Of a stretch of 64,000 nucleotides of DNA, positions 39,520 to 49,678 are shown one piece after another. How positions within the stretch are numbered: the first letter of the stretch is position 1; the number at the start of each line of letters is the position of its first letter. Below the pieces are notes generated by a model. That model did no database searches, had not been told where the DNA came from, and was given only the letters and a program-made list of their open reading frames with translations. The position numbers and the translations under genes are program-made. This DNA is from Chloroflexota bacterium (lineage in GTDB: Bacteria; Chloroflexota; Anaerolineae; Anaerolineales; E44-bin32). The DNA is taken from NCBI GenBank assembly GCA_022561385.1, contig JADFRG010000010.1, positions 13,135 to 77,134 on the forward strand, given 5' to 3'.

Positions 39520-39525
39520 GACCCT

Positions 39526-40944
39526 TTATAACAATGTCCTGGGGTCGGTGATTGCACCCCTTACGGCCGAGGCGGCTGCCGTAAGCGGTGAAGCCAGAAA
39601 AGTCCGCCCACCTTTACCCTGACGCCCCTCGTAGTTCCGATTGCTCGTGCTCACCCCGTACTGCCCCGCTTCAAGCTCATCGCCATTCATGGCCAGGCAC
39701 ATAGAGCAGCCCGCCTCACGCCATTCAGCTCCCGCTTTGAGGAAGATCTCGTGCAGGCCTTCGGCCTCCGCCTGGCGCTTCACGGATTGTGATCCCGGTA
39801 CCACAAGCATCCGGAGCCCCTCCGCCACCTTACGGCCGTCGAGAATACCAGCGGCCAATCGCAGATCCGTGATGCGAGAATTGGTACAGGACCCAATGAA
39901 CACAACGTCAATTTCATGCCCCAGAAGCGATTGCCCGGGTTCCAGATCCATATACTTCAGGGCTTTTTCGACCGATTGCCGTTGATCTACATCTGAGAAT
40001 TGATCCAGGGTGGGAATGCGGTCGCCGAGTGGCATCCCCATTGAGGGATTCGTCCCATAAGTGATCATCGGTTCCAGTTCGCCGGCATCGAGAGTGACTC
40101 TCCGATCGAAACTGGCGCCCTCATCGGTGGCGACCTGGCGCCAGTGATCTATCGCCGCATCCCAGGCTTTCCCACTGGGCGCGTACTCCCGCCCGGCCAG
40201 GTACTCGAAGGTGGTATCGTCGGGCGCAATCATTCCTGCCCGCGCTCCGGCCTCGATGGTCATATTGCAAATTGTCATCCGTTGTTCCATGTCGAGCGCG
40301 CGAATTGCGGGACCCGTGTACTCAATGACGTGACCGTTCCCGCCGTCCACCCCAATCTTGGCCATCACCGCCAGAATGATGTCTTTGGCGGTCACCCCCG
40401 GATCCATCTTTCCCTCTACCCGCACCTCAAAGGAGTTCTGCTTTGTCTGCAGCAAACACTGGGTGGCCAACACGTGTTCGACTTCGCTCGTACCGATCCC
40501 GAACGCCAGCGCGCCGAAGGCGCCGTGAGTCGAAGTGTGGCTGTCTCCGCAGACGATCAGCATGCCGGGCTGAGTCAGTCCCAGTTCCGCACCAATCACG
40601 TGAACGATTCCCCGTCGGTCTGATTGCAGATCGTATAACGTTACGCCGAATTCCTTGCAGTTCTTGGCGAGCTGCCTGACCTGTGCGGCGGCCATCTTGT
40701 TCACCAGATTGAGGTCGAGGGCCAGAGTTGGAGTCGAGTGGTCCATCGTGGCAAAGGTCTTGTCAGGCCGACGCACCTGCCGGCCGGCTTCTCTCAGTCC
40801 GGCGAATGCCTGTGGAGATGTGACCTCATGGATCAGGTGCAGGTCGATGTACAACACGGCCGGACTCTCCGGCTCTTGTGCAACGACGTGGTCGCTCCAG
40901 ATCTTCGAGAGCATAGTGCGGGGTGAGGGATTGGAATCGGTCAT
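39526..40944 (-). CDS. leuC: 3-isopropylmalate dehydratase large subunit
   Basis: 472 aa. Motifs: [38 protein letters not shown] (Fe-S ligands). Confidence 0.95.
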   Translation of the reverse strand: MTDSNPSPRTMLSKIWSDHVVAQEPESPAVLYIDLHLIHEVTSPQAFAGLREAGRQVRRPDKTFATMDHSTPTLALDLNLVNKMAAAQVRQLAKNCKEFGVTLYDLQSDRRGIVHVIGAELGLTQPGMLIVCGDSHTSTHGAFGALAFGIGTSEVEHVLATQCLLQTKQNSFEVRVEGKMDPGVTAKDIILAVMAKIGVDGGNGHVIEYTGPAIRALDMEQRMTICNMTIEAGARAGMIAPDDTTFEYLAGREYAPSGKAWDAAIDHWRQVATDEGASFDRRVTLDAGELEPMITYGTNPSMGMPLGDRIPTLDQFSDVDQRQSVEKALKYMDLEPGQSLLGHEIDVVFIGSCTNSRITDLRLAAGILDGRKVAEGLRMLVVPGSQSVKRQAEAEGLHEIFLKAGAEWREAGCSMCLAMNGDELEAGQYGVSTSNRNYEGRQGKGGRTFLASPLTAAASAVRGAITDPRTLL

Positions 40945-41001
40945 GTTTCTTCAGGGTTGCCTCAAGTGCAAGTCACGCGCCCCGGCATGGGTCGTGAGCG
41001 G

Positions 41002-42663
41002 CTATTTGGGAGCCTCGACCGGGACCGCTGCTTCGGCTTTCCCGGCGCCGCCCACTTGCGCCGCAGATTCTGCTTCGCTGCGATACCCTTCCTCAGCGAG
41101 CAGCTTGTTCAGCGCTGAGAGGTAGGCCTTGACGCTGGCGACGATGATGTCCGTGTCGGCTCCGTAACCTCCGTAGGTTCTGGGTCGGGAGGTTTCACGC
41201 TGGGCGTTCAACGCATCCGGCGCGTCTTCTCCCTGGATACGAACGGCCACCTCCCCTTGCGCGTCGATGCCTTCCGTGACCGCATTCACGGAAAACTCCA
41301 GCAGTACATTTGACGCTCCGACGATTTCATCAACCGCCTTGTAGGCCGCGTCCACGGGTCCGGTGCCGATGGCGGCCTGGACATAACGCGTGTCCCCGGG
41401 TCCAGATAGCCGCACCGTGGCGGTGGGCATACCCATCGTGCCGCACACTACCTGCAGGCCCTCCAGGGCGAACACCTCCGGCGGCTGGTAGAGTTCATCC
41501 GCAACAAGGGCTTCGAGATCGGCATCGGTGATAACTTTCTTCTTGTCCGCCAACGACTTGAAGCGCCGGAAGGCGCGCGCCAGGTCGTCGTCTCCAAGCT
41601 CGTATCCGAGCTCCTTAAGCCGCACCTTAAAGGCGTGCCGACCGGAGTGTTTGCCGAGTACCAGCGTGCTCTGTGTAAGCCCCACCGTCTCCGGGCGCAT
41701 GATTTCGTAGGTAAGTTCGTTTTTCAGCATGCCGTCCTGGTGTATTCCAGCTTCGTGGGCGAAGGCGTTGGCCCCAACAATCGCCTTGTTGGGCGGGACC
41801 ATGATTCCCGTGTAATTGCTCACCAGCTTGCTGACTCGACTTATTTGGGTCGTATCGATATCAGTAGAAAGGGAGAAAACAGGCCGCCGCGTGTGTAGGG
41901 CCATTACCACTTCTTCCAACGAGGTGTTGCCAGCTCGTTCTCCGATTCCGTTAATCGTTACTTCTGCCTGGCGGGCGCCGGCCTGAATGCCTGCCAGAGT
42001 GTTGGCGGTTGCTAATCCCAGATCGTCGTGACAATGAACAGAAAGGATTACGTCTTCAACGCCGGGTACATGCTCGACGATGCCTGCGATAATGCCCCCA
42101 AACTCGTTTGGGGTCGTGTAACCGACCGTGTCCGGAATATTAAGCGTGGTCGCGCCTGCTTTGATGGCCTCCTCCAGCACCACGTACAGAAAATCGGGAT
42201 CGCTTCGGCCGGCGTCTTCCGGGCTAAACTCGACGTCATCACAAAACGAACGCGCGTACTGGACCATCTCTATCACCCGCTCGATGACTTCTTCCGGATC
42301 CATGCGCAGCTTGTGTTTCATATGGATCTCTGAGGTCGCCAGGAAAGTATGAATTCGGGGGCGAGCTGCAGGTTCCACCGCTTTCCAGGCTGCGTCGATG
42401 TCTGCCGAATGAGCACGAGCCAGGCCACAAATGATGGGAGCCTGATCCTGCCCCTCAGAGGTGATATTGCCCACCTCCTCCGCGATGCGCTGGACGGCAT
42501 TGAGGTCGTCTGGCGAGGCGGCCGGAAATCCGGCTTCGATAACGTTCACCCGCAGGCGTGAAAGCGCACGGGCCACCTCGAGCTTCTCACTGGAGGTCAT
42601 CATGGCCCCGGGGGATTGCTCACCATCCCGCAGCGTCGTGTCAAAGATTCGGACCTGATCCAT
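41002..42663 (-). CDS. leuA: 2-isopropylmalate synthase
   Basis: Motifs: [30 protein letters not shown], plus a C-terminal regulatory domain. The start is taken at ATG 42663; the ORF-track start at 42690 is TTG. Confidence 0.95.
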   Translation of the reverse strand: MDQVRIFDTTLRDGEQSPGAMMTSSEKLEVARALSRLRVNVIEAGFPAASPDDLNAVQRIAEEVGNITSEGQDQAPIICGLARAHSADIDAAWKAVEPAARPRIHTFLATSEIHMKHKLRMDPEEVIERVIEMVQYARSFCDDVEFSPEDAGRSDPDFLYVVLEEAIKAGATTLNIPDTVGYTTPNEFGGIIAGIVEHVPGVEDVILSVHCHDDLGLATANTLAGIQAGARQAEVTINGIGERAGNTSLEEVVMALHTRRPVFSLSTDIDTTQISRVSKLVSNYTGIMVPPNKAIVGANAFAHEAGIHQDGMLKNELTYEIMRPETVGLTQSTLVLGKHSGRHAFKVRLKELGYELGDDDLARAFRRFKSLADKKKVITDADLEALVADELYQPPEVFALEGLQVVCGTMGMPTATVRLSGPGDTRYVQAAIGTGPVDAAYKAVDEIVGASNVLLEFSVNAVTEGIDAQGEVAVRIQGEDAPDALNAQRETSRPRTYGGYGADTDIIVASVKAYLSALNKLLAEEGYRSEAESAAQVGGAGKAEAAVPVEAPK

Positions 42664-42686
42664 AACGCGGCTACCTTCCCCTTTAT

Positions 42687-43700
42687 TCAATCTCCGGACT
42701 TCACCGTCACCGGATCGAGAAAGGGCATCATCGCGCGCAGTTTCGCCCCCACTTCTTCGATCGGGTGCTGCTGCTCCTTCTTGCGTTGTTCCTCAAACCA
42801 TGGCCGGCCGCGCGCATTTTCTTCGATCCAATTGTTAGCATAGGTGCCGTCCTGGATCTCGCGAAGCATTTGTTTCATCTCGCCCACCGTCTCTTCAGTG
42901 ATCAGGCGCGGGCCGCCGGTATAGTCTCCGTGCTCGGCAGTCTCGCTGATCGAGTAACGCATGTAGTTCAGGCCTCCCCGGTACATGAGATCCACGATCA
43001 ATTTGAGCTCGTGCAGGCACTCAAAATACGCTATTTCGGGCTGGTAACCGGCCTTGACCAGCACTTCGAATCCAGCTTTGACCAGCGCGCTCACTCCGCC
43101 GCACAACACGGCCTGCTCGCCAAATAGATCGGTCTCGGTCTCTTCGGCAAACGTGGTCTCAATCACTCCCGCCCGCGTGGCTCCCAGCCCTTTGGCATAG
43201 GCGAGAGCGAGCGATTTAGCGCCCCCGCTCGGGTCCTGATGGACGGCCAGGAGCGCCGGGGTGCCCTCGCCGTCTTGAAAAGTCTCGCGCACCCGATGCC
43301 CGGGCGCCTTGGGTGCCACCATACTCACGTCCACTTCTGCCGGCGGCTCGATCGTGCCAAAGCGAATGTTGAAGCCGTGGCTGAACATCAGGGTTTTTGA
43401 GGGCTTCAGGTTGGGGGCAATATCTTCGGAATAGATCGCCGGTTGAGAGGTGTCGGGGGCGAGCATCATAATCACATCTGCCCACTCGGCGACGGCGGGC
43501 ACGGTGTTTACGGTCAGTCCCTGCGCCTCGGCCGCATCACGACTCTTGCTCTCCGGCCGCAGCCCGACCTGCACCTCAGCTCCGCTGTCGCGCAGGTTCA
43601 GCGCATGTGCATGTCCCTGCGACCCATAACCAATAATGGCTACTTTCTTGGCCTGGATCAGGCTCAGATCGGCGTCTTTGTCGTAGTAAATGGTTGCCAT
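42687..43700 (-). CDS. ilvC: Ketol-acid reductoisomerase (class I)
   Basis: The start is at ATG 43700 ([15 protein letters not shown]) with GGAGGA upstream. It carries the [19 protein letters not shown] motif. Confidence 0.95.
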   Translation of the reverse strand: MATIYYDKDADLSLIQAKKVAIIGYGSQGHAHALNLRDSGAEVQVGLRPESKSRDAAEAQGLTVNTVPAVAEWADVIMMLAPDTSQPAIYSEDIAPNLKPSKTLMFSHGFNIRFGTIEPPAEVDVSMVAPKAPGHRVRETFQDGEGTPALLAVHQDPSGGAKSLALAYAKGLGATRAGVIETTFAEETETDLFGEQAVLCGGVSALVKAGFEVLVKAGYQPEIAYFECLHELKLIVDLMYRGGLNYMRYSISETAEHGDYTGGPRLITEETVGEMKQMLREIQDGTYANNWIEENARGRPWFEEQRKKEQQHPIEEVGAKLRAMMPFLDPVTVKSGD

Positions 43701-43752
43701 GGATACAGGGTTTCCTCCACTAGTAAAGGACGGATGCTCCGCCAGCGGAGCA

Positions 43753-44322
43753 TCAGCTGGCGGAGCCGTTAGGCACTCGGGCCGCCACAAATTCAGGATT
43801 CGTGCTCGGAACATCCGAACCACGGGTCATCGCCACACGTCCGGTTCGCACCATTTCGAGGATGCCGAACGGGCGCAGCACCTCGCAGAGACTTTCGATC
43901 TTCTCCTCGGTGCCGGTGATCTCCACGATGAGGGAATCCGGGGTCACATCGACCGCCCGAGCCCGGAACACGTCGCACATCTGCAGCACCTGAGCCCGTG
44001 TCGACGAATCCGCCTTGACTTTGATCAATGCCAGATCGCGCATGACGGTGGGGAGATGGGTGACGTTTTCAACACGGAGCACATTCACCAGCTTGTACAG
44101 GTTGGCCTCCACGCGGCGCGCGACGACGTCGTCGGTTTTCACGGCGATGGTCATGCGAGATATACCGGGGCGATCGGTGGGGCCAACCGCGAGCGACTCG
44201 ATATTAAAGGCACGCCGGCGGAAAAGCGAAGCCACCCGATTCAAGACCCCTGGCTTGTCTTCGACGTATACCACGAAGGTGTGGATGCCTTCACGCAAGG
44301 GATTCCTGCCGTTATCGGTCAT
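43753..44322 (-). CDS. ilvN: Acetolactate synthase small (regulatory) subunit
   Basis: 189 aa with an ACT domain ([34 protein letters not shown]). The ATGA overlaps the ilvB stop, and there is a strong GGAGG SD. Confidence 0.9.
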   Translation of the reverse strand: MTDNGRNPLREGIHTFVVYVEDKPGVLNRVASLFRRRAFNIESLAVGPTDRPGISRMTIAVKTDDVVARRVEANLYKLVNVLRVENVTHLPTVMRDLALIKVKADSSTRAQVLQMCDVFRARAVDVTPDSLIVEITGTEEKIESLCEVLRPFGILEMVRTGRVAMTRGSDVPSTNPEFVAARVPNGSAS

Positions 44323-46046
44323 CTCCCGCCTCCTACCAGTTCGTCTTCCGCGGTTTCTACAATGGAGCTTGGGCGCCGGATCATGGCGTCCAAATCCGCC
44401 CCGGCCGGCACCATGGGGTAGACGCTGTCTTCCTGCACGACCCTAAAATCGATAATTACCGTTCCCGGTTCTTGCTGGGCCCGGCGCACTGCGTCCTCCA
44501 CCTGGCCCCGCTCCTCAACCCGGAGTCCCAACAGACCGTGGGCATCGGCCAGTTTCACGAAGTCGGGACTGAGCATGGGTGTGGCCGCGTAGCGACGCCC
44601 GTAGAAAAATTCCTGCCACTGACGAACCATACCCAGAAATCCGTTGTTGATGATCGCAACGTTGATCTTGATTCCCTCCTGGGCACAAGTTGACAGCTCG
44701 GCCTGGGTCATTTGGAAACCGCCGTCGCCTACGATGGCCCAGACTTCGTCCTCGGGCTTGGCGAATCGCACGCCGATCGCGGCGGGTAGGCCAAAACCCA
44801 TCGTTCCCAATCCCCCGGACGTGATCAGCGTGAACGGCTTTTCGTGTTTGAAGTACTGGGCCTCCCACATCTGATGCTGCCCGACGTCGGTGACGATAAT
44901 CGGCTTGCCTTCCGTTATCCGCCATATGTCGTTGATGACATGCGCCGCGTAAAGAGCTCCGGTATCTGGCAGACTTTGAATGTCACGCACGGCCGAGTCA
45001 CCCCTGAGCTCATCGATATGCTCCAACCAGGCCGTATGTTCCTTTTGGGTCAGTTGAGGCAGCAGGATCTCCAGGGTCTCGCGCAGATCGCCAACGATCC
45101 CAACATCGACCCGCACGTTTTTGTCGATTTCCGTGGGATCAATGTCGATGTGAATCTTTTTGGCATTCACCGCGTATGTCTTCAGGTTTCCTGTTACCCG
45201 GTCGTCGAAACGCATCCCGAAAGCCAATAGAAGATCCGCTTCTTGAATGGCGTGATTGACCCAGCTTTCACCATGCATCCCCATCATGCCCTGATTGAGC
45301 GGATGGCTGGCCGGTATACCTCCGAGCCCAAGCAGGGTGGTCGTCACCGGGATCTGGGTCTTCTCGGCGAAATCGATCAGGATTTGCATCGCTCCCGACA
45401 TCATGACTCCGTGCCCGGCCAGGATGATCGGTCGCTCAGCTTCTTCGATCAACTCCAGCGCGTGTTCGTACTCTTCGGGCAGCGCGCGTAAGTCGGGCCG
45501 ATATCCGGGCAGCCGCTCGGGGGCATCGGCTGGAACGTACTCGATCGAAGCAATCTGGGCGTCCTTGCTGATGTCTACCAGCACCGGACCCGGCCGACCC
45601 GATCGGGCCACATAAAAAGCTTCTCGCATTGTGGGCCCGATCTCCTCCACGTCTGTGACGAGATAGTTGTGCTTCGTTATCGGTAACGTGACACCGGTCA
45701 CGTCAGTCTCCTGAAAGGCATCGCTGCCGATGGCGGTGGAGGGGACCTGCCCGGTAATACAGACGATCGGAGACGAATCCATCATTGCGGTGGCGATTCC
45801 CGTAACCAGATTGGTTGCCCCGGGCCCGGAGGTTGCCATGGCCACTCCGACCCGGCCGGAGGCGCGGGCATATCCGTCTGCCATATGGGCCGCACCTTGC
45901 TCATGCCGCACTAATACGTGCCGCACAGGGTAATCAAGCATCGCATCGTAGGTCGGCAGGATCGCGCCTCCCGGGTAGCCGAAGACAACTTCGACCCCCT
46001 CTTGCGTTAGCACCTCCCAGACAATTTGTGCTCCCTTTCGTTCCAT
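44319..46046 (-). CDS. ilvB: Acetolactate synthase large (catalytic) subunit
   Basis: ThDP enzyme pattern (GYPGGAILP, GLGTMGFGLPAAIG...GDGGF). The start is taken at ATG 46046 with GAGGAGAAG upstream; the ORF-track start is 46082. Confidence 0.95.
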   Translation of the reverse strand: MERKGAQIVWEVLTQEGVEVVFGYPGGAILPTYDAMLDYPVRHVLVRHEQGAAHMADGYARASGRVGVAMATSGPGATNLVTGIATAMMDSSPIVCITGQVPSTAIGSDAFQETDVTGVTLPITKHNYLVTDVEEIGPTMREAFYVARSGRPGPVLVDISKDAQIASIEYVPADAPERLPGYRPDLRALPEEYEHALELIEEAERPIILAGHGVMMSGAMQILIDFAEKTQIPVTTTLLGLGGIPASHPLNQGMMGMHGESWVNHAIQEADLLLAFGMRFDDRVTGNLKTYAVNAKKIHIDIDPTEIDKNVRVDVGIVGDLRETLEILLPQLTQKEHTAWLEHIDELRGDSAVRDIQSLPDTGALYAAHVINDIWRITEGKPIIVTDVGQHQMWEAQYFKHEKPFTLITSGGLGTMGFGLPAAIGVRFAKPEDEVWAIVGDGGFQMTQAELSTCAQEGIKINVAIINNGFLGMVRQWQEFFYGRRYAATPMLSPDFVKLADAHGLLGLRVEERGQVEDAVRRAQQEPGTVIIDFRVVQEDSVYPMVPAGADLDAMIRRPSSIVETAEDELVGGGR

Positions 46047-46111
46047 GATCTTCTCCTCTGGCGTCCCTTCGATCCGCGACAAATCCTTCGCCCGTCAGTA
46101 TTGTTGGATGG

Positions 46112-47785
46112 CTAAACGCAAACCGCCCCTCGGGAGGCAGACGATACCAACTTGGCATACTTGGCCATCACGCCTCGCTTATATCGAGGCTCGGGCGGCT
46201 GCCAGTCTTCCAAGCGCGCCTGGATATCTACCTGCGACATTTCGACATCGATGCGGCGGCCCTCCACGTCAATCACAATCTGGTCCTCGTCTCGCAGCGC
46301 CGCGATCGGACCTCCGCGAGCGGCTTCCGGCGCCACGTGTCCCGCCATGAGGCCGTGTGTTGCCCCCGAGAATCGGCCGTCGGTCAGCAGTGACACGGAG
46401 TCTCCCAATCCTGCGCCTACGATGGCCGCCGTGACTCCCAGCATCTCGCGCATCCCCGGGCCGCCGACGGGGCCCTCGTATCGAATAACCACCACGTCGC
46501 CTTTCTTGATGTCTCCGGACTGGACCGCTTCAAAGGCCGACTCTTCAGAGTCAAATACCCGGGCCGGACCCCTGTGGTAGGTCATGTTGTGGCCCGCGAT
46601 CTTGACAATGCAGCCCTCCGGCGCCAGGTTCCCTCTCAGCACCACTAATCCCCCGGTTGGGCTGATCGGGTCGCTTAACGGCCGGATAACTTCCTGACCG
46701 GCGGTTTCGGTCGCCTCTCTGGCCTCTTCCCCAATCGTTCTTCCGGTCACCGTGATCGCATCGGAGTGAAGAATCCCCGCCTCGACCAGTCGATTCGCAA
46801 CGAGCTGCCAACCGCCGGCCTCGTATACGTCCGTCGCCACGTACCGACCGCTAGGCTTCAGATCGGCGAGCAGCGGCGTTTTCGAGCTGATACGGTCGAA
46901 ATCCTCCATCTCGAGCTCTACCTCGACCTCGTTGGCAATGGCAATGAGATGTAATACTGCGTTGGTGGATCCTCCGGTCGCCGCTACCGAGGCGATCGCG
47001 TTTTCCAGCGCATCGCGAGTGATGATCTGGCGTGGGCGGAGATCGCGCTCCAATAGGTCCATCACCATTTCTCCGGCGGCAAACGCGGCCTGGTCCTTCT
47101 CTTCTCGGGCGGCAGGCACACTGGCACTCCCCATGATGGAGATTCCGAGGAACTCGCTGACGGTGGCCATCGTGTTGGCGGTGAATTGACCTCCGCAGGC
47201 CCCCACGCCAGGGCAAGCGACGTCTTCCAGCGCTTTGAGCTCTGCATCCGATATGGTGCCGGCGGCATGCGCACCGACCGCTTCGAAGACGTCCTGTATC
47301 GTGACGTCTCTTCCTTCGTATCGCCCGGGCTCAATGGAGCCTCCATACAGCATCAAACCGGGAAGGTCGAGACGGGCCAACGCCATGATGGTCCCCGGGA
47401 TAGTCTTGTCGCAGCCGGAGATGGCGATCAGGGCGTCGAACATGTTGCCGCGGGCGACAAGCTCGATAGAGTCGGCGATGACTTCGCGGCTGACGAGGGA
47501 AGTTTTCATCCCTTCGGCACCCATGGTGATCCCATCCGAAATCGACACGGTGTTAAATTCCATGGGAGTTCCACCCGCGGCCCGAATGCCTTCCTTGACC
47601 TTCGCCGCCAGCCGGCGCAAATGGAAGTTACAAGGCCCGATCTCGATCCAGGTATTGGCTACGCCTATGAGGGGTCGGCTCAGGTCTTCGTCGCTAAATC
47701 CGGCCGCTTTCAACATGGCTCGAGCCGGTGCGCGGCTGGGTCCTTCTGTGATGGCCCGGCTCCGCTGTCGAAGGTCTCTCGCCAT
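46112..47785 (-). CDS. ilvD: Dihydroxy-acid dehydratase
   Basis: 557 aa. Motifs: [28 protein letters not shown]. Confidence 0.95.
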   Translation of the reverse strand: MARDLRQRSRAITEGPSRAPARAMLKAAGFSDEDLSRPLIGVANTWIEIGPCNFHLRRLAAKVKEGIRAAGGTPMEFNTVSISDGITMGAEGMKTSLVSREVIADSIELVARGNMFDALIAISGCDKTIPGTIMALARLDLPGLMLYGGSIEPGRYEGRDVTIQDVFEAVGAHAAGTISDAELKALEDVACPGVGACGGQFTANTMATVSEFLGISIMGSASVPAAREEKDQAAFAAGEMVMDLLERDLRPRQIITRDALENAIASVAATGGSTNAVLHLIAIANEVEVELEMEDFDRISSKTPLLADLKPSGRYVATDVYEAGGWQLVANRLVEAGILHSDAITVTGRTIGEEAREATETAGQEVIRPLSDPISPTGGLVVLRGNLAPEGCIVKIAGHNMTYHRGPARVFDSEESAFEAVQSGDIKKGDVVVIRYEGPVGGPGMREMLGVTAAIVGAGLGDSVSLLTDGRFSGATHGLMAGHVAPEAARGGPIAALRDEDQIVIDVEGRRIDVEMSQVDIQARLEDWQPPEPRYKRGVMAKYAKLVSSASRGAVCV

Positions 47786-47821
47786 CAGGAAACGCGCTCG
47801 AAAATCGACGGGTTGTGCATC

Positions 47822-48028
47822 TTAGCCGTTGAAGCTCTCCATTAGCGCCTCACCCGATCCACGCTCCTCCCCACCGGTCGCGTCTTCAACCTCCTGCTTG
47901 GTCGAATCCTCCGCCTCGGTTGGGTGGGCGGGTGAGGTCGGGGGTAAAGGGGTGCGAGCTTGTTCTTCATCGCGCCTTGGGGTCGACGATCCAGCCCCGT
48001 CGCCTGGATGACCTTGTACTTTTTCCAT
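47822..48028 (-). CDS. Hypothetical small acidic Pro/Glu-rich protein (68 aa) between the ilv attenuator and ilvD
   Basis: ATG 48028 is preceded by the strong SD AGGAGGAG. The product MEKVQGHPGDGAGSSTPRRDEEQARTPLPP...EALMESFNG is low-complexity. I recognise no homology, and its coding status is unproven. Confidence 0.4.
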   Translation of the reverse strand: MEKVQGHPGDGAGSSTPRRDEEQARTPLPPTSPAHPTEAEDSTKQEVEDATGGEERGSGEALMESFNG

Positions 48029-48057
48029 CGTTTCTCTCCTCCTGCGGCAGCCAAGTA

Positions 48058-48092
48058 GCCAAAAAATAAAAGCACCTCCCAGTTGGGAGGTG
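48058..48092 (-). terminator. Intrinsic terminator/attenuator hairpin in the ilv-leu 5' leader
   Basis: The minus-strand RNA is CACCTCCC-aact-GGGAGGTG (8-bp stem, 48092-48073) followed by CTTTTATTTTTT. It lies 32 nt after the leader ORF stop and immediately upstream of the AGGAGGAG SD. Confidence 0.8.
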
Positions 48093-48124
48093 TGGTTGTT
48101 TTTCAAGCTTCTGTGATTAGTCCG

Positions 48125-48223
48125 CTACACCGCCTCAACCAGTTTTCGCTTGCCGCCCTCAATAAGGACGAGAAGCTCAGAAATAATAACCAGCGAAATA
48201 ATCAGGAAACTAACGATTGACAT
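48125..48223 (-). CDS. Candidate ilv-leu leader peptide, 32 aa: MSIVSFLIISLVIISELLVLIEGGKRKLVEAV
   Basis: My own translation of the minus strand from 48223 to 48125 (ATG ... TAG). There are 6 Ile, 6 Leu and 5 Val codons among 32. It lies upstream of the terminator hairpin and the 11-gene ilv/leu operon. Confidence 0.65.
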   Translation of the reverse strand: MSIVSFLIISLVIISELLVLIEGGKRKLVEAV

Positions 48224-48258
48224 CGATTTCAGCCCATCGGGACTGCATATTGGCGACA

Positions 48259-48286
48259 ACGTTATCACGGATCTTGGATAAGTCAA
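48259..48286 (-). promoter_or_regulatory. Promoter candidate for the ilv-leu leader (TTGACT-N16-TAACGT on the minus strand)
   Basis: The -35 lies at 48286-48281 and the -10 at 48264-48259, about 35 nt upstream of the leader ATG. The -10 hexamer is weak. Confidence 0.3.
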
Positions 48287-48538
48287 GCGAACGCACTCGG
48301 CTCCGCATTCGTCTTAGACCTGCCCCGCCTACAGGCGTTCCCGAGCCTGGACTCTAGGCGAACCTCCGACCCGACTTATAGCCTCAGCCCACCCAATAGG
48401 TCGGGCGCGCGGTTATCTCGAGGTCACTCATCTCGAGCAGCTGCATAGCGGCCGCCTCTACGATTCATTCACAAATTCAAGCGAACCGAACTGCCCTACT
48501 GCCCGGCGGATTACCCAGTCTAATGAGTCCCTAACAGC

Positions 48539-49678
48539 ATGGATAAGGATCTTTCGATAGAATGCGGCCACCCCATGACAGCGAAATATCGCTTTCTCGC
48601 GCTTCCAGCCGTCTTCCTGATAGCCGCATGTTCGAATCCGCAGGCAAGGATCGACGCCCCCGTATCGTCGCCTACCTCCCGGGCCCTTGCAATCCAAACG
48701 CCCCTGCCCCCGACTGAGACCTCGGCTCCAACTGCGATCCCTACCGCCCGTCCGACTTCAACCCCTCCCCCGCACCCGCTGTCGATCGATTACCTGAGAG
48801 GACGTGAGTTCCCGGCCAGTGAGATTCAAATAGAAGAGACCCTGGCCAATGGGGCCAACTACTACCGGTATATAGCTTCCTATCGCTCAGATGGGCTCAA
48901 GATCTTCGCCCTGCTCACGGTGCCCTTTGGGGAGCCGCCGGCTACCGGATGGCCGGTGGTGGTGTTCAACCACGGCTACATTTCGCCCAATCAATACCGC
49001 ACGACCGAGCGTTATGTGGCCTATGTCGATGGCTTCGCTCGCAGCGGATACATCGTTTTTCGCTCCGATTATCGGGGACACGATAAGTCCGAAGGTGTGG
49101 CGCGCAGTGCCTACGGCGCCCCAGACTACACCATCGACGTGCTCAACGCCGTTGCCGCATTAAGGGAATACGAGGGCGCCGATCCCAACCGGATTGGGAT
49201 GTGGGGCCACTCCATGGGCGGCTTCATCACCCTGCGTGCGATGGTCACCGATGAAACGATTCGGGCCGGCGTAATTTGGGCCGGGGTCGTGGCCTCGTAT
49301 CCAGACCTGTTTTTACGTTGGCGCCGCGGCGGGGCGACGCCCGGGCCTACCCCCACTCCGAGGTCCAGCAGCCTGCGCGGCGCACTCACGGAGATCTACG
49401 GCACACCGGAGGAGAATCCGAGGTTCTGGGATCCGCTATCGGCGAATTCCTTTCTGGATGACATCTCGGGTCCGGTTCAGCTGCACCACGGGACCGCCGA
49501 TTCCACCGTTCCGCCTGAATTTTCCCAGATCCTATTTGAGCAAATCGAGGCCGAGGGCGGCCTGGTGGAACTCTACGAATATCCGGGCGACAACCACAAC
49601 CTTTCGAACTACTTCACGCTCGCTATGAGGCGTTCGATCGAATTTTTCGATCGGTATGTGAAAAACGCGGAGGATTAG
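48539..49678 (+). CDS. Alpha/beta hydrolase, prolyl oligopeptidase (S9)/dienelactone hydrolase-like, probable lipoprotein
   Basis: It has the nucleophile elbow GMWGHSMGG and a late His (LHHGTAD). The N-terminal FLALPAVFLIAAC lipobox suggests the real start is ATG 48575. Confidence 0.8.
   Translation: MDKDLSIECGHPMTAKYRFLALPAVFLIAACSNPQARIDAPVSSPTSRALAIQTPLPPTETSAPTAIPTARPTSTPPPHPLSIDYLRGREFPASEIQIEETLANGANYYRYIASYRSDGLKIFALLTVPFGEPPATGWPVVVFNHGYISPNQYRTTERYVAYVDGFARSGYIVFRSDYRGHDKSEGVARSAYGAPDYTIDVLNAVAALREYEGADPNRIGMWGHSMGGFITLRAMVTDETIRAGVIWAGVVASYPDLFLRWRRGGATPGPTPTPRSSSLRGALTEIYGTPEENPRFWDPLSANSFLDDISGPVQLHHGTADSTVPPEFSQILFEQIEAEGGLVELYEYPGDNHNLSNYFTLAMRRSIEFFDRYVKNAED

Noticed and set aside
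48125-48223. The hydrophobic 32-aa peptide as a type I toxin or small membrane protein instead of a leader peptide.
   Set aside because: The composition (a hydrophobic helix plus a charged tail) would allow this reading. However, the peptide sits between a promoter-like element and a terminator directly upstream of the ilv/leu operon, its bias is specifically I/L/V, and the parallel aro case exists. The attenuator reading is therefore favoured. I keep this as the alternative hypothesis.
48615-48635. A TTCGAATCC motif resembling a tRNA T-arm.
   Set aside because: It lies inside the signal-peptide/lipobox coding region of the hydrolase gene, and no acceptor or anticodon stems can be built around it. 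A similar motif at 25131 lies inside tyrA.
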